The notes below the pieces were generated by a model that was given only the letters and a program-made list of their open reading frames with translations, ran no database searches and was not told where the DNA came from. The position numbers were made by a program, and so were the translations under genes. A stretch of DNA of 62,588 nt, the filler included. It is 6 parts of 6 records of this genome, joined end to end, with 100 filler letters (N's around TTAATTAATTAA, not from the genome) between each part and the next. Parts side by side here need not be neighbours in the genome. Positions count along the whole stretch, not along the records: positions 1 to 12,469 come from SRR20825010_6849; 5 more parts are not named here. One strand, given 5' to 3'. Positions 1 to 10,752 of the stretch are shown here, piece after piece; positions within the stretch are counted from its first letter, which is position 1; each line of letters begins with the position of its first letter.

Positions 1-70
1 TACTAAAAAGCTAACAGGAGTAAGGCTAAAGCATACAATTTTTGATAATTAAATTTAAAAAGCAGCAATT

Positions 71-418
71 ATGAAAACACAAACACAATTAATAGCGCCC
101 CATATAGGTAATTTACTAAAAGCGTATTATAAAGCAAACCAAATTAACAAAGCGGGGCTAGCGCGTGCTATAAACCGAAGCAGGGCGTCCGTTCAAGACT
201 ATGAGAAGCGTAAAAGTTTGCAGTGTCATGTGCTTTGGGAGGTGTGCATTGCCATGGAACACAACTTTTTTGCAGAGATTGCTGCACAGCTTCCTCAAAC
301 CTACCTTACAAACCTTCCTGAAGAAACCACCCAAACCCAGCGCATAGCGCAGTTAGAGAAGGAAAACAATGCACTAACAGTACAGTTATCATTGTTAAAA
401 GGCATATTAGGAAGCTAG
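71..418 (+). CDS. XRE/Cro-like helix-turn-helix protein with C-terminal coiled coil
   Basis: HIGNLLK...[24 protein letters not shown] pattern; HNFF motif typical of Bacteroidota XRE-like proteins; heptad-like C-terminus. Confidence 0.7.
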   Translation: MKTQTQLIAPHIGNLLKAYYKANQINKAGLARAINRSRASVQDYEKRKSLQCHVLWEVCIAMEHNFFAEIAAQLPQTYLTNLPEETTQTQRIAQLEKENNALTVQLSLLKGILGS

Positions 419-628
419 GAATACTTTAAGCTGAAGGTTTTTGTAAAAAGGATTAAAAAGTGATGAAAAAGCAACTTTTCAACTGAATTTTAGCACTTTT
501 TAATACCTATTAGCAAATTTATAACTAAAACAGCAACTTCTTTAATATTTTATTATCATCGCTGCCTAGCTTGCTGTTGTATCTTTATAAAACGAAAAAG
601 AAAATAATTTAATTTAAATCAAAAAGCT

Positions 629-814
629 ATGAATGAAGATCAGTTTAAAGGAAAATGGAACCAAATTAAAGGTGAAGTTAAACAGAAATACGCAGAATTA
701 ACCGATGACGATTTAAAATACGCCGAAGGTAAATCTGACGAACTACTTGGTCGCCTACAAGAAAAAACAGGTAAGACCAAAGAGCAATTGAAGGATGAAA
801 TAGATAAGTGGTAG
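629..814 (+). CDS. CsbD family general stress protein
   Basis: MNEDQFKGKWNQIKGEVKQKYAELTDDDL...LLGRLQEKTGK is the CsbD/YjbJ pattern. Confidence 0.92.
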   Translation: MNEDQFKGKWNQIKGEVKQKYAELTDDDLKYAEGKSDELLGRLQEKTGKTKEQLKDEIDKW

Positions 815-852
815 TTTTAAACTAAACTTTAAGTACCGCTTTATTTGAAGCC

Positions 853-900
853 AGCCTCTTTATAGATTCATAACAATGAACCTTTAAAGAGGCTTTTTTA
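853..900 (+). terminator. Probable intrinsic terminator after CsbD gene
   Basis: AGCCTCTTTA...TAAAGAGGCT inverted repeat followed by T run. Confidence 0.65.
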
Positions 901-982
901 TTAAATTTTTTTAGCGTTAAGTATCTTTTTATTAGATAAATACATACATTTATCAATCATTAACTATTAAACTTTAACAACC

Positions 983-1768
983 ATGAAAAAAATTACACTA
1001 ATTCTAATGCTCTTTGGGTTTTTAGTAAACGCTCAAATAAACAATTATAACGTTGGCGACGTTGTAGACGATTTCACTGTTACTGATACTGATGGGGTAG
1101 AACATAATATGTATTCTATCACAGCATCTGGAAAACATGTTTGGCTTGACTTCTTTTTTGTAGATTGTGGGCCTTGCCAAGCAACCGCTCCAATGTTCAA
1201 CGAATTTTATGATAAGTACGGATGTAATGATGGAGAGGTGTATGCGCTCTCAATTAATAGCGGAAGAGATGATGATGAATATGTTAAATGGTATGAACAA
1301 CAATATGGAGGTAACTTCAATCATGCACCAGCAGTTAGTAATGAAGGCGGTGGTGGTCCAGTTACATCTAATTTTGGTGTTAACGCTTTTCCAACCTATT
1401 GCTTAATTGGTCCAGATAATAAGGTTATTGTAAAGGATATTTACCCTATTTATAGTGTACAAACTTTTGAAGATTCCTTTCCAGCTGGTTTTAACCCACC
1501 TGTGATGCAATGTACTTTAGGTGTTTCAGATTCTCAAACTTTCGATTTCAATATTTATCCAAGCATTTCAAAAGGAGCTATAAACATAAACCTACCAAGT
1601 GATGCAACTTCAACTGTTGCAATATTTAATGCACTTGGGCAGCAGGTTTTCAAAAACACCTATTCAGAAAAAAATATTAATCTAAACCTTCAGTTTTCAG
1701 CTGGAGTTTATATGGTAAAGGTTTCTGCAGATAATGCTTCAGCTACAAAACGAATTATTATAGAATAG
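983..1768 (+). CDS. Secreted redoxin/thioredoxin-fold protein with T9SS type A C-terminal sorting domain
   Basis: Signal peptide; DFTVTDTDG...WLDFFFVDCGPC (CxxC); C-terminal IYP...IFNALGQQV...SAGVYMVKV...KRIIIE. Confidence 0.85.
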   Translation: MKKITLILMLFGFLVNAQINNYNVGDVVDDFTVTDTDGVEHNMYSITASGKHVWLDFFFVDCGPCQATAPMFNEFYDKYGCNDGEVYALSINSGRDDDEYVKWYEQQYGGNFNHAPAVSNEGGGGPVTSNFGVNAFPTYCLIGPDNKVIVKDIYPIYSVQTFEDSFPAGFNPPVMQCTLGVSDSQTFDFNIYPSISKGAININLPSDATSTVAIFNALGQQVFKNTYSEKNINLNLQFSAGVYMVKVSADNASATKRIIIE

Positions 1769-1790
1769 CACTATAAAAGCTATAAAACTC

Positions 1791-1821
1791 AAAAACCCCA
1801 AGCAATTTGCTTGGGGTTTTT
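1791..1821. terminator. Bidirectional intrinsic terminator between redoxin and clpB
   Basis: AAAAACCCCAAGCAA-T-TTGCTTGGGGTTTTT perfect inverted repeat with A and T tails between convergent genes. Confidence 0.85.
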
Positions 1822-1833
1822 ATGTTTCAATGA

Positions 1834-4437
1834 TTAACGATCAACTAAATCTTCTTGATTTCTAAAAACCAATTCATCATTAAAACTGTCTAGCAGTATG
1901 ATGCTGTCGGTTGTTATTTTTCCAGAAAGTATTTCTTTGGAAAGTTCATTAAGCACTTCCCTTTGAATTACTCTCTTTACAGGTCTTGCACCGTATTGAG
2001 GATCGAAACCTTTTTCTGAAAGATATTTTATTGCTTCCGTTGTAGCGTCTAGTACAATATTTTGCTTCAATAGCATTTTTGAAACACCTTTTAGTTGCAG
2101 TCCCACAATTTTGTGAATGTCCTGTTTTGAAAGGGGCGTAAACATTATAATATCGTCTATTCGATTCAGAAATTCGGGTCGTACGGTTTGCTTTAACAAC
2201 GCTAACACTTCTACTTTTGCGCCTTCCATTGCAGTTTCAGGGTCTTTTACTGCTTCAAAACGCTCCTGAATAATCTGACTTCCCATATTGCTGGTCATGA
2301 TTATAATGGTGTTTTTAAAGTCGGCCATTCTACCTTTATTATCTGTTAATCGGCCTTCATCTAAAACTTGCAACAATATATTGAAGGTATCTGGATGTGC
2401 TTTTTCAATTTCATCCAATAAAACCACACTATACGGTTTACGGCGCACGGCTTCGGTTAATTGCCCGCCTTCATCATAGCCCACGTACCCAGGAGGGGCG
2501 CCCACCAAGCGGCTCACGCTATGGCGTTCTTGGTATTCGCTCATATCGATACGCGTCATTGCGTTTTCATCGTCAAATAAATACGCAGCCAAAGCTTTTG
2601 CAAGTTCGGTTTTACCAACGCCTGTGGTTCCAAGGAAAAGGAAACTTCCTATGGGTTTCTTTTCATCCTGTAAACCCGCTCGGCTACGGCGAATAGCATC
2701 ACTTACCGCCACAATAGCTTCTTCTTGCCCAACCACACGTTTGTGTAGGTGGTTTTCTAGGGTTAATAATTTTTCACGATCACTCTGAAGCATTTTTGTT
2801 ACAGGAATACCGGTCCATTTTGCTACAACTTCAGCAATATCTTCTCGTGTAACCTCCTCTTTAATCATAGCGTTGGCTTGGTCATTTTCGGCAAGCTGTG
2901 TTTCTAGTTCGGTTAAGGCAGCTTGTGCATCCTTAATTTTTCCGTAGCGAAGCTCTGCTACTTTGCCAAAATCTCCTTCGCGTTCAGCGCGTTCTGCTTC
3001 CAGTTTGTATTCTTCAATCTGGGTTTTTAGGTTTTGAATGTTATCAACTACTTCTTTTTCACTTTGCCATTTAGCATTTAGCTCGTTGCGTTCTTCTTTT
3101 AAATTTGCTAAATCTGCGTGAAGTGATTTTAGTTTTACCTCGTCTTTTTCACGCTTAATGGCTTCAATTTCAATTTCAAGTTGCATGATTTTTCTATCCA
3201 AAACATCTAATTCTTCAGGTTTTGAATTGATTTCCATTCTAAGCTTACTCGCAGCTTCATCCATAAGGTCAATTGCCTTATCTGGAAGAAAACGATTGGT
3301 AATATACCTTTCAGAAAGTTCTACAGCGGCGATTATAGCTTCGTCTTTTATACGCACTTTATGGTGCGTTTCATATTTTTCTTTAATACCACGAAGTATG
3401 GAAATAGCACTTTCGGTATCGGGTTCGTCTACAATTACTTTTTGAAAACGACGCTCCAATGCTTTGTCTTTTTCAAAATACTTTTGATATTCATCTAAAG
3501 TAGTTGCTCCGATAGCTCGTAGTTCGCCACGGGCAAGTGCAGGTTTCAATATATTTGCTGCATCCATTGCGCCTTGACCCCCGCCAGCACCAACAAGTGT
3601 GTGTATTTCGTCTATAAAAAGAACAATATCACCTTCGCTAGAAGTAACTTCTTTAATAACTGCTTTAAGGCGTTCTTCAAACTCACCTTTATATTTAGCA
3701 CCAGCAATTAGCGCGCCCATATCTAAGGAATAAATCTCTTTACTTTTTAGGTTTTCAGGAACATCACCATCTACAATTCGGTGTGCTAGACCTTCTGCAA
3801 TTGCAGTTTTTCCTGTTCCAGGTTCTCCAACTAACATCGGATTGTTTTTTGTTCTTCGCGAAAGGATTTGAAGGATTCTTCTAATCTCTTCATCACGCCC
3901 AATAACAGGGTCAAGCTTACCGTCTTTAGCGAGTTTGTTGAGGTTTTTCGCGAATTTATTTAAAGAGTTATAAGTATCCTCAGCACTTTGTGAAGTAACA
4001 TTTTCGCCACCTCGTAATTCTTTTATTGCTGCTTTCATGCCTTTTTCGGTCACTCCTTGATCTCTAAGGCTTTGTGCAATACCGCTTTTAGAGTTTAAAA
4101 TAGCTAAAAGCAAATGTTCGATAGAAACATATTCATCGTCCATTTTTTTGGCAATAGTACTCGCTTCTATTACCGTTTTATTGGCTTCACGCGAAAGCAT
4201 GATATCGCCACCCGAAACTTTTGGAAAGCTTTCAAGTTGCTTGTCGAGAATTTGTTTTAGTGTAGTAAGGTTTACATTAAGTTTTTTTAAGATGAAAGGC
4301 GTAACATTTTCATCTACTTCAAAGATAGCTTTAAGAATGTGTTCATTCTCCAGCTGTTGGTTGCCATACCCTTGCGCAATTTGTTGTGCTTGCTGGATGG
4401 CTTCCTGGCTTTTTATTGTGAAATTATTAAAGTTCAT
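1834..4437 (-). CDS. clpB: ATP-dependent chaperone ClpB
   Basis: Two AAA+ modules ([16 protein letters not shown]), pore loops GAKYKG and GYVG, coiled-coil M domain, 867 aa. Confidence 0.98.
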   Translation of the reverse strand: MNFNNFTIKSQEAIQQAQQIAQGYGNQQLENEHILKAIFEVDENVTPFILKKLNVNLTTLKQILDKQLESFPKVSGGDIMLSREANKTVIEASTIAKKMDDEYVSIEHLLLAILNSKSGIAQSLRDQGVTEKGMKAAIKELRGGENVTSQSAEDTYNSLNKFAKNLNKLAKDGKLDPVIGRDEEIRRILQILSRRTKNNPMLVGEPGTGKTAIAEGLAHRIVDGDVPENLKSKEIYSLDMGALIAGAKYKGEFEERLKAVIKEVTSSEGDIVLFIDEIHTLVGAGGGQGAMDAANILKPALARGELRAIGATTLDEYQKYFEKDKALERRFQKVIVDEPDTESAISILRGIKEKYETHHKVRIKDEAIIAAVELSERYITNRFLPDKAIDLMDEAASKLRMEINSKPEELDVLDRKIMQLEIEIEAIKREKDEVKLKSLHADLANLKEERNELNAKWQSEKEVVDNIQNLKTQIEEYKLEAERAEREGDFGKVAELRYGKIKDAQAALTELETQLAENDQANAMIKEEVTREDIAEVVAKWTGIPVTKMLQSDREKLLTLENHLHKRVVGQEEAIVAVSDAIRRSRAGLQDEKKPIGSFLFLGTTGVGKTELAKALAAYLFDDENAMTRIDMSEYQERHSVSRLVGAPPGYVGYDEGGQLTEAVRRKPYSVVLLDEIEKAHPDTFNILLQVLDEGRLTDNKGRMADFKNTIIIMTSNMGSQIIQERFEAVKDPETAMEGAKVEVLALLKQTVRPEFLNRIDDIIMFTPLSKQDIHKIVGLQLKGVSKMLLKQNIVLDATTEAIKYLSEKGFDPQYGARPVKRVIQREVLNELSKEILSGKITTDSIILLDSFNDELVFRNQEDLVDR

Positions 4438-4505
4438 ATATTAAAATGTGTTTTGTTTTTATACTGTGGTATGATGTTTTCAAATACAAGGCCACAACGA
4501 AATTA

Positions 4506-4551
4506 AGTCAAAATGTCTGCTTAACGGCTTGTTTTAACAGACATTATGACT
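4506..4551. promoter_or_regulatory. Inverted repeat, candidate operator upstream of clpB
   Basis: AGTCAAAATGTCTG-N18-CAGACATTATGACT, 13 of 14 complementary, in the divergent clpB/ytxJ intergenic region. Confidence 0.55.
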
Positions 4552-4604
4552 GCTTTTACAGTACATTTTATCATTTTTTTTAGAAGTTAACTCCTTATAA
4601 CGTG

Positions 4605-4612
4605 TAACTTTG
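4605..4612 (+). promoter_or_regulatory. Bacteroidota -7 promoter element for ytxJ
   Basis: TAACTTTG matches TAnnTTTG, just upstream of the ATG at 4629. Confidence 0.55.
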
Positions 4613-4628
4613 TGAAAAAACAATACAT

Positions 4629-5024
4629 ATGGGATTTTTAGATATATTTAAAACACCGAGAGACCTTGCCAAAGAAGAAATAATTGAAGTGCCATGGCAT
4701 GTTTTAAGCAAAATGGAACAATTGGATGAAATTATAGAAGAATCTAAAACCAATCCAGTGGCTATCTTTAAGCATTCCACTCGCTGTGGAATAAGCAGAG
4801 GCGTATTAAAATTATTTGAAAAAAGTTATTCACTTACAGACAATCAGCTTAAGCTATATTACCTAGATCTTTTAGAAAATCGTGATATTTCAAACGAAAT
4901 AGCTGCGCGTTTTAAAGTTCAACATGAAAGCCCGCAGATGATTGTTATAAAAAATGGGGCAGTAGTGCACCATGATTCACACCATTCAATTGAAGCTTCT
5001 CATTTGGAGAAATTTATAAATTAA
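4629..5024 (+). CDS. ytxJ: Bacillithiol system redox-active protein YtxJ (DUF2847)
   Basis: IFKHSTRCGIS and HESPQ motifs. Confidence 0.92.
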   Translation: MGFLDIFKTPRDLAKEEIIEVPWHVLSKMEQLDEIIEESKTNPVAIFKHSTRCGISRGVLKLFEKSYSLTDNQLKLYYLDLLENRDISNEIAARFKVQHESPQMIVIKNGAVVHHDSHHSIEASHLEKFIN

Positions 5025-5053
5025 AATGTATTAAATTAGCTAAAACTGATTTT

Positions 5054-5278
5054 ATGGGAACTATTGAGTTAAAAAATAATCTTTTAGAAATGATGGGTAA
5101 TATTCATGATGAAAAATTATTACATTCTTTATATAGTTTTTTGAAAAATCATGAAATGAGTAAAACTTCAAGCTTGTGGGATAAACTTTCTGATATCGAA
5201 AAGCAACAAGTGCTTTTAGCTTTTGAAGAATCTGAAACTGATGAAAATTTGATTCCTTATAGTGAAGTTTTCAAGTAA
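5054..5278 (+). CDS. Putative antitoxin of the downstream RelE/ParE toxin
   Basis: 74 aa, acidic C-terminus, WDKLSDIEKQ pattern, 5 nt upstream of the toxin gene. Confidence 0.65.
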   Translation: MGTIELKNNLLEMMGNIHDEKLLHSLYSFLKNHEMSKTSSLWDKLSDIEKQQVLLAFEESETDENLIPYSEVFK

Positions 5279-5283
5279 GTATA

Positions 5284-5574
5284 ATGGAGATTTTTTTCAC
5301 TAAAAGAGCCTTCAATAACTACACCTCCATAAAAGAGTATATAGCAAATGATTTTGGTGATATAGTATTAAATACTTTTAAATTAAAGTTTATTAATTTT
5401 CTTGAAATTTTAAAAAACTACCCCGAATTAGGAAACATAGAAGTTTTTGAAAAAGGGATAAGAGGATTTCAATTCAGTAAGCAAACCCGAATATTTTATA
5501 GGATTAAAGGCAAACGAATAATTATTCTGGCGCTTTTTGATGTTCGTCAAAATCCGATTAAAAAGAACTTCTAA
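5284..5574 (+). CDS. Type II toxin, RelE/ParE family
   Basis: 96 aa basic protein: IFFTKRA...LKNYPELG...RIFYRI...IILALFDVRQNP. Confidence 0.88.
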   Translation: MEIFFTKRAFNNYTSIKEYIANDFGDIVLNTFKLKFINFLEILKNYPELGNIEVFEKGIRGFQFSKQTRIFYRIKGKRIIILALFDVRQNPIKKNF

Positions 5575-5580
5575 TTTTAC

Positions 5581-6762
5581 CTAAAACGCATTGTCTTTTA
5601 AAATTTCTTTAAAATGCTCCTTTATATCTAGGCCAGCATCATAAACCATCTGCTCATTATTTGGGAAAGGCACAAACTGGTTGTTTAAAAAGTTAAGGTC
5701 TTCACCAGTTAATGCACGTTTGTCTCCTCTATAAGTGGCGAAAATATTCTCAAAAATAAATTCGGAAGAAAGCGGAAAACTGTTTAGTTGTTGTCTTCTA
5801 TTCAAATCTTTATAAACAACCGTTCCGCCCACAAAAACACTTTTTTGTTGTGTAGTTATGTTGATTGTAGCCGTAACATTAATAAATTTTTCAACTTTAA
5901 TAGGGTTTCCTAGGCTATCACGTACAATATTACCCGCGCGATCGCGTCTATAATCATAACCATCATTAATACGTTGGCTTCTATTGTATTGCTTGTCAAA
6001 AACTCTTTCAGGTGAAATTTGGATGGTTTGAAAGTTTAAATCGACCCCCAAATCATAATTAATTCCATTTTCATGCTTGCTGTGATATTCAGTCCAAAAT
6101 TTATCAAGCCCATAGGTATTAAAGTTAAGTAAATCTTGCTCTAAACGGAATGGAATAATCTGCCCAGTGTGGTTATTTAGTGTTACAAAAACGAAATCAG
6201 TTCCACGAAAATGCGCGTCTTCCTTTAACTGAAAAACGTCTTTATAGTTTGGTTGCACTTCATCTAATTCACATAAAACATTAAACGCACTGCGATAATC
6301 TTGTTTGGTATTACGCTGCATATAGCCGAGTGCTTCCTGATATAGAGACTTTAAATAAGCATCTTTAGCAGCATACAAATCATTACTATAATCAGAAAAT
6401 ACAAAGTTTGCTTTTCTGCCCATTTCAGAACTATAAAGAGGAAGTAATGGACGAATTAAATTTTGGCGCTCTTGAAGATCAAGGTAGGTGTAGTATATTT
6501 CTTTGGCATCATGAAGGTTGTTGCCTTTCTTTAAAAAAGCAAGATGGCGCATATCTTCATCTTTTGCTTTCAAAAAAGCCTCCTCTAATAAGCGAATGTG
6601 CGAATCATATTCTTTAGCACTTTTATCTTTCTGAAGTTTTTTTGTTGCAAGTTCGATTGCTTCATCGTAATTTCCTTGTGAAACGAATTTTTGGGTACGT
6701 TTTACGCTATTGCATGAAATGCTTAAAAGTGCTGTAAATAGAAGTATGTAAATTGCCTTCAT
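5581..6762 (-). CDS. Conserved hypothetical lipoprotein (helical, TPR-like N-terminal half)
   Basis: Start moved to ATG at 6762 (MKAIYILLFTALLSISC lipobox); GNYDEAIELA helical repeats. Confidence 0.8.
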   Translation of the reverse strand: MKAIYILLFTALLSISCNSVKRTQKFVSQGNYDEAIELATKKLQKDKSAKEYDSHIRLLEEAFLKAKDEDMRHLAFLKKGNNLHDAKEIYYTYLDLQERQNLIRPLLPLYSSEMGRKANFVFSDYSNDLYAAKDAYLKSLYQEALGYMQRNTKQDYRSAFNVLCELDEVQPNYKDVFQLKEDAHFRGTDFVFVTLNNHTGQIIPFRLEQDLLNFNTYGLDKFWTEYHSKHENGINYDLGVDLNFQTIQISPERVFDKQYNRSQRINDGYDYRRDRAGNIVRDSLGNPIKVEKFINVTATINITTQQKSVFVGGTVVYKDLNRRQQLNSFPLSSEFIFENIFATYRGDKRALTGEDLNFLNNQFVPFPNNEQMVYDAGLDIKEHFKEILKDNAF

Positions 6763-6852
6763 AATGAAATTGATTTGGTTATAAAAGCTAAAATACAATA
6801 GTAGTGCCAATTTCTACTCAATTATATTTTTTTGAAGCAGAATTTTAAAAAA

Positions 6853-6905
6853 TAAGCTGCTAATTCACAATTATTTTATACTATTATTTGTGAATTAGCA
6901 GCTTA
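6853..6905. terminator. Long hairpin downstream of fahA
   Basis: TAAGCTGCTAATTCACAA-N17-TTGTGAATTAGCAGCTTA perfect 18-bp inverted repeat, followed by T run on the minus strand. Confidence 0.75.
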
Positions 6906-6909
6906 AAAA

Positions 6910-8190
6910 TTATTGTTTTATTGCTGGCAACAATTTGGTTTTACATTCTCCGAAGCCGATACGAACAGTTTCATTTTTACAAAAGCCTTTTATTGTTACG
7001 GTATCATTGTCGTTAATAAATTTACGCTCAGAGCCATCAGAAAGTTTAATAGGGTTTGCGCCACGCCAAGTAAGTTCTAGCATAGAACCGTAGCTATCTG
7101 GTGTTAGGCCAGAAATAGTTCCGCTTCCCATCATGTCGCCGCTGTTTACGTTGCAGCCATTAACAGTATGATGTGCTAATTGTTGCGCCATATTCCAGTA
7201 CATATATTTAAAGTTTGAAGAAGAAACTTTGTTTTCGGCACCATTTTCAGGTGAAATATATACCTCAAGGTTAATATCATAACTTTTCTTTCCTTTATAT
7301 TGAAGGTAAGGAAGTTGTTCCATTTCTGGTTTCGGGCCTTCTACTTTAAAAGGTTGTAAAGCATCTAAAGTTACAATCCAAGGTGAAATTGAAGAAGCAA
7401 AGTTTTTTGCTAAAAAGGGCCCTAATGGTACATATTCCCACTTTTGAATGTCTCTTGCACTCCAATCATTGAAAAGCACCAATCCAAAAATATATTCTTC
7501 TGCTTCGTTTACAGGAATTGGTTCTCCTAAAGCGTTTGCATCTGTGGTTATAAAAGCCATTTCAAGCTCAAAATCTACTAATTTTGAAGGACCAAAAACA
7601 GGTTCAGTAGCCCCATCAGGCATTGTTTGCCCCCAAGGTCTTCGGGCGTTAATACCACTTGGAATTATAGACGAACTTCTACCGTGATACCCAACAGGAA
7701 TATGAAGCCAATTAGGCATTAAGGCGTTGTCCTTGCCACGAAACATGGTTCCTACATTTGTAGCGTGTTCTTTGCTGGAATAAAAATCTGTATAATCACC
7801 AACCTGAACAGGAAGTTGCATTTCTACTTCATCAAGTGTGAAAAGAATATGTTTTCTATGATCTTCATTATCGCGAAGTTGTGGATTTTCTTTATCGAAA
7901 ATATCTGCAATTCGGTTTCTTACAAGTCGCCAAGTTTTTCTTCCATCGCTTATAAAATCGTTTAAAGTATCTTGTAGGAAAATATCATCAGTAAGTTCAA
8001 TTCCTTTAAAATAACCTAATTGGTGGAGTGCTCCCAAATCGATGGCGTAATCGCCAATTCGGGTTCCGATGGTAATAATATCATCTCGTGTTAAAAATAC
8101 ACCAAAGGGAATATTTTGAATAGGAAAATCTGTTTCTGGCGCGGTATCGAGCCAGGTTTTACGATTGGGGTCATTTGCGGTTATGGGCAT
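6910..8190 (-). CDS. fahA: Fumarylacetoacetase
   Basis: DFPIQNIPFG, GDYTDFYSSKEHATNVG, DFELE, NDWSARDIQKWEYVPLGPF; start moved to ATG at 8190. Confidence 0.96.
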   Translation of the reverse strand: MPITANDPNRKTWLDTAPETDFPIQNIPFGVFLTRDDIITIGTRIGDYAIDLGALHQLGYFKGIELTDDIFLQDTLNDFISDGRKTWRLVRNRIADIFDKENPQLRDNEDHRKHILFTLDEVEMQLPVQVGDYTDFYSSKEHATNVGTMFRGKDNALMPNWLHIPVGYHGRSSSIIPSGINARRPWGQTMPDGATEPVFGPSKLVDFELEMAFITTDANALGEPIPVNEAEEYIFGLVLFNDWSARDIQKWEYVPLGPFLAKNFASSISPWIVTLDALQPFKVEGPKPEMEQLPYLQYKGKKSYDINLEVYISPENGAENKVSSSNFKYMYWNMAQQLAHHTVNGCNVNSGDMMGSGTISGLTPDSYGSMLELTWRGANPIKLSDGSERKFINDNDTVTIKGFCKNETVRIGFGECKTKLLPAIKQ

Positions 8191-8385
8191 GGTAAATTTC
8201 TTTTGTTTGTAAATAAAACTATGAATATTTTTTTTAAAAAATTTAAAATCAAACAATTAATTATTTTTCAATGCTTATTTACAGCGAGTGTTTTGTTAGT
8301 AAAATTCTGCATCAAATATATATATTTCATGGTAGTTAACGAATGGAATTACTATTTTTGGATTTAATTAACTTTTATTGAAATT

Positions 8386-9660
8386 ATGCAACGCGACGAA
8401 CAAATTTTTGAACTAATAGAAGACGAAAAACAACGCCAATTGAATGGTCTGGAGCTAATTGCTTCAGAGAATTTTGTAAGTAATCAAGTACTTGAAGCTG
8501 CAGGTTCTGTTTTAACAAATAAATATGCCGAAGGCTACCCTGGAAAACGTTATTATGGCGGTTGTGAGGTGGTTGATGAAGTTGAGCAAATAGCTATTGA
8601 CCGCGCAAAAGCTTTGTTCGGCGCGGAATATGCAAATGTGCAACCACATAGTGGTTCGCAAGCAAATACAGCTGTTTTTGCAGCTTGTTTAAAGCCAGGT
8701 GATAAATTTTTAGGTTTCGACCTTTCTCATGGTGGGCATTTAACACATGGATCTCCAGTAAATTTCTCAGGAAGACTTTACGAACCTGTTTTTTACGGTG
8801 TTGATGAAAAAACAGGACGTATCGATTATGATAAAGTAGAAGCAATTGCAATTAAAGAAAAGCCAAAAATGATTATCGCTGGCGCTTCAGCTTATTCAAG
8901 AGAATTAGACTACAAGCGTTTCCGTGAAATTGCAGATAAAATTGGAGCAATTCTTTTTGCAGATATTGCACATCCAGCAGGTTTAATAGCAAAAGGAATT
9001 ATTGCAGATCCGCTTCCACATTGCCATATTGTTACAACAACTACACACAAAACCCTTCGTGGCCCGCGTGGTGGAATGATTTTGATGGGGAAAGATTTTG
9101 AAAATCCTTTTGGTCAAAAATTAAAAAATGGGAACCTTAAAAAAATGAGTAGCTTGCTTGATAGCGCTATTTTTCCTGGAAACCAAGGCGGCCCATTAGA
9201 GCATATTATTGCTGCAAAAGCGGTTGCTTTTGGTGAAGCATTGACGGATGATTTTCTTCATTATATGGTGCAAGTGAAAAAAAATGCAGCTGTAATGGCG
9301 GAAAAATTTGTTGAAAAAGGCTACCATATTATTTCTGGGGGAACCGATAATCATATGATGCTTATCGATATGCGTAACAAAAATATTTCAGGAAAAGAAG
9401 CTGAGGAAGCACTTGGAAAAGCAGATATTACCGTAAACAAAAACATGGTTCCATTTGATGATAAATCACCTTTTGTAACCAGTGGAATCCGTATTGGTAC
9501 TGCTGCCGTTACAACTCGTGGCTTGCTTGAAAAAGACATGGAGAAAATAGTAGATTTGATTGATGAAGTAATAATGAACCACGATGATGATGCCAAACTA
9601 GAAAGTATTGCAGAAAAAGTAAACGAAATGATGTCTAGTTTACCACTCTTCAAAAGCTAA
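8386..9660 (+). CDS. glyA: Serine hydroxymethyltransferase
   Basis: [36 protein letters not shown] (PLP lysine). Confidence 0.98.
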   Translation: MQRDEQIFELIEDEKQRQLNGLELIASENFVSNQVLEAAGSVLTNKYAEGYPGKRYYGGCEVVDEVEQIAIDRAKALFGAEYANVQPHSGSQANTAVFAACLKPGDKFLGFDLSHGGHLTHGSPVNFSGRLYEPVFYGVDEKTGRIDYDKVEAIAIKEKPKMIIAGASAYSRELDYKRFREIADKIGAILFADIAHPAGLIAKGIIADPLPHCHIVTTTTHKTLRGPRGGMILMGKDFENPFGQKLKNGNLKKMSSLLDSAIFPGNQGGPLEHIIAAKAVAFGEALTDDFLHYMVQVKKNAAVMAEKFVEKGYHIISGGTDNHMMLIDMRNKNISGKEAEEALGKADITVNKNMVPFDDKSPFVTSGIRIGTAAVTTRGLLEKDMEKIVDLIDEVIMNHDDDAKLESIAEKVNEMMSSLPLFKS

Positions 9661-9662
9661 AA

Positions 9663-10157
9663 ATGATTCAAACTGAAAGACTGACAATAAGGGAGTATAC
9701 CGTTAAGGACGCTCCCTTTGTCTATAAGTTAATGAATAGTGAAGGCTGGATTAAAAATATAGGCGATAGAAATATTAAAACTATTGAAGATGCAGCAGCC
9801 TATTTGCAGAAAAACTATTTAAGTAGTTATGAAAAGCATGGTTTTGGACCCTATTTGGTTTCTTTGAAAGATGAAAACACCCCAATCGGTTCTGCGGGTC
9901 TTTATAAACGTGACAATTTAGAGCATCCAGATGTAGGTTTTGCTTTTTTATCTGAATTTGCGAATAAAGGTTACGCTTTTGAAGCTTCAAATGCTGTTTT
10001 GAAATTTGCTTCGGAAGAATTACAATTAAAAAAAATACTTGGTTTTACGCTGCCTGAAAACGAATCTTCAATAAAATTATTGAAAAAACTAGGCCTTTCA
10101 GAAGCTGGAACTTATACCTATGAAGATGGAGAAGCGTTGTTGTTATTTTCTAATTAA
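9663..10157 (+). CDS. GNAT N-acetyltransferase, RimJ/RimL-like
   Basis: IQTERLTIRE start; DVGFAFL...KGYAFEA; N..SIKLLKKLG. Confidence 0.9.
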   Translation: MIQTERLTIREYTVKDAPFVYKLMNSEGWIKNIGDRNIKTIEDAAAYLQKNYLSSYEKHGFGPYLVSLKDENTPIGSAGLYKRDNLEHPDVGFAFLSEFANKGYAFEASNAVLKFASEELQLKKILGFTLPENESSIKLLKKLGLSEAGTYTYEDGEALLLFSN

Positions 10158-10168
10158 AACATTCACTT

Positions 10169-10717
10169 ATGAAAACAACCAAGAATTTTAATTTCAATCG
10201 CACATTTTTCAGTGCAACACTACTTGTTGCAGTTCTATTTTTAGCATGCGTTGATAACTCAAAATCTTCAACGGAAACAGTACTCGATACACTAGAAAGT
10301 GAAAAACTAGCTTCCGAAAAAAATGAAACCGCTTTTGTTGAAGTGATGCAAAAACACTTGGATGCTGTTTCTAATCGAGATTTAAAATCTTTAGCCGAAA
10401 CAATGTCTCCTGATGGAAAAATGCAGCTTATTCTTCCTAAAACAGAAATCATCAATGGAGTTGATGGTTTTATGGATTATCATAAAGAATGGTTTGCAGA
10501 TTCTACATGGACTTTTGAAACAAAAATTCTTAATTCTGAAATAGGAAAAGAGGTAGGTATGGCTATCACAGAAATCGTTTACCGAGAGCCTCAACGTCAA
10601 CCAGAGCCTTACTTTAATAGAATGATTGTTAGTTACGATTTAAAGAATATAGATGGTAAATGGTACATAATTAAAGATCACGCCAGTTCTATTGAGAAAT
10701 CAACCGACGCTAAGTAA
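10169..10717 (+). CDS. NTF2/SnoaL-like lipoprotein
   Basis: LFLAC lipobox; C-terminal DGKWYIIKDHAS typical of SnoaL/DUF4440 fold. Confidence 0.75.
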   Translation: MKTTKNFNFNRTFFSATLLVAVLFLACVDNSKSSTETVLDTLESEKLASEKNETAFVEVMQKHLDAVSNRDLKSLAETMSPDGKMQLILPKTEIINGVDGFMDYHKEWFADSTWTFETKILNSEIGKEVGMAITEIVYREPQRQPEPYFNRMIVSYDLKNIDGKWYIIKDHASSIEKSTDAK

Positions 10718-10752
10718 TTAGAAAACGTTTTTCGAATAAAGTGTTATAAAAA

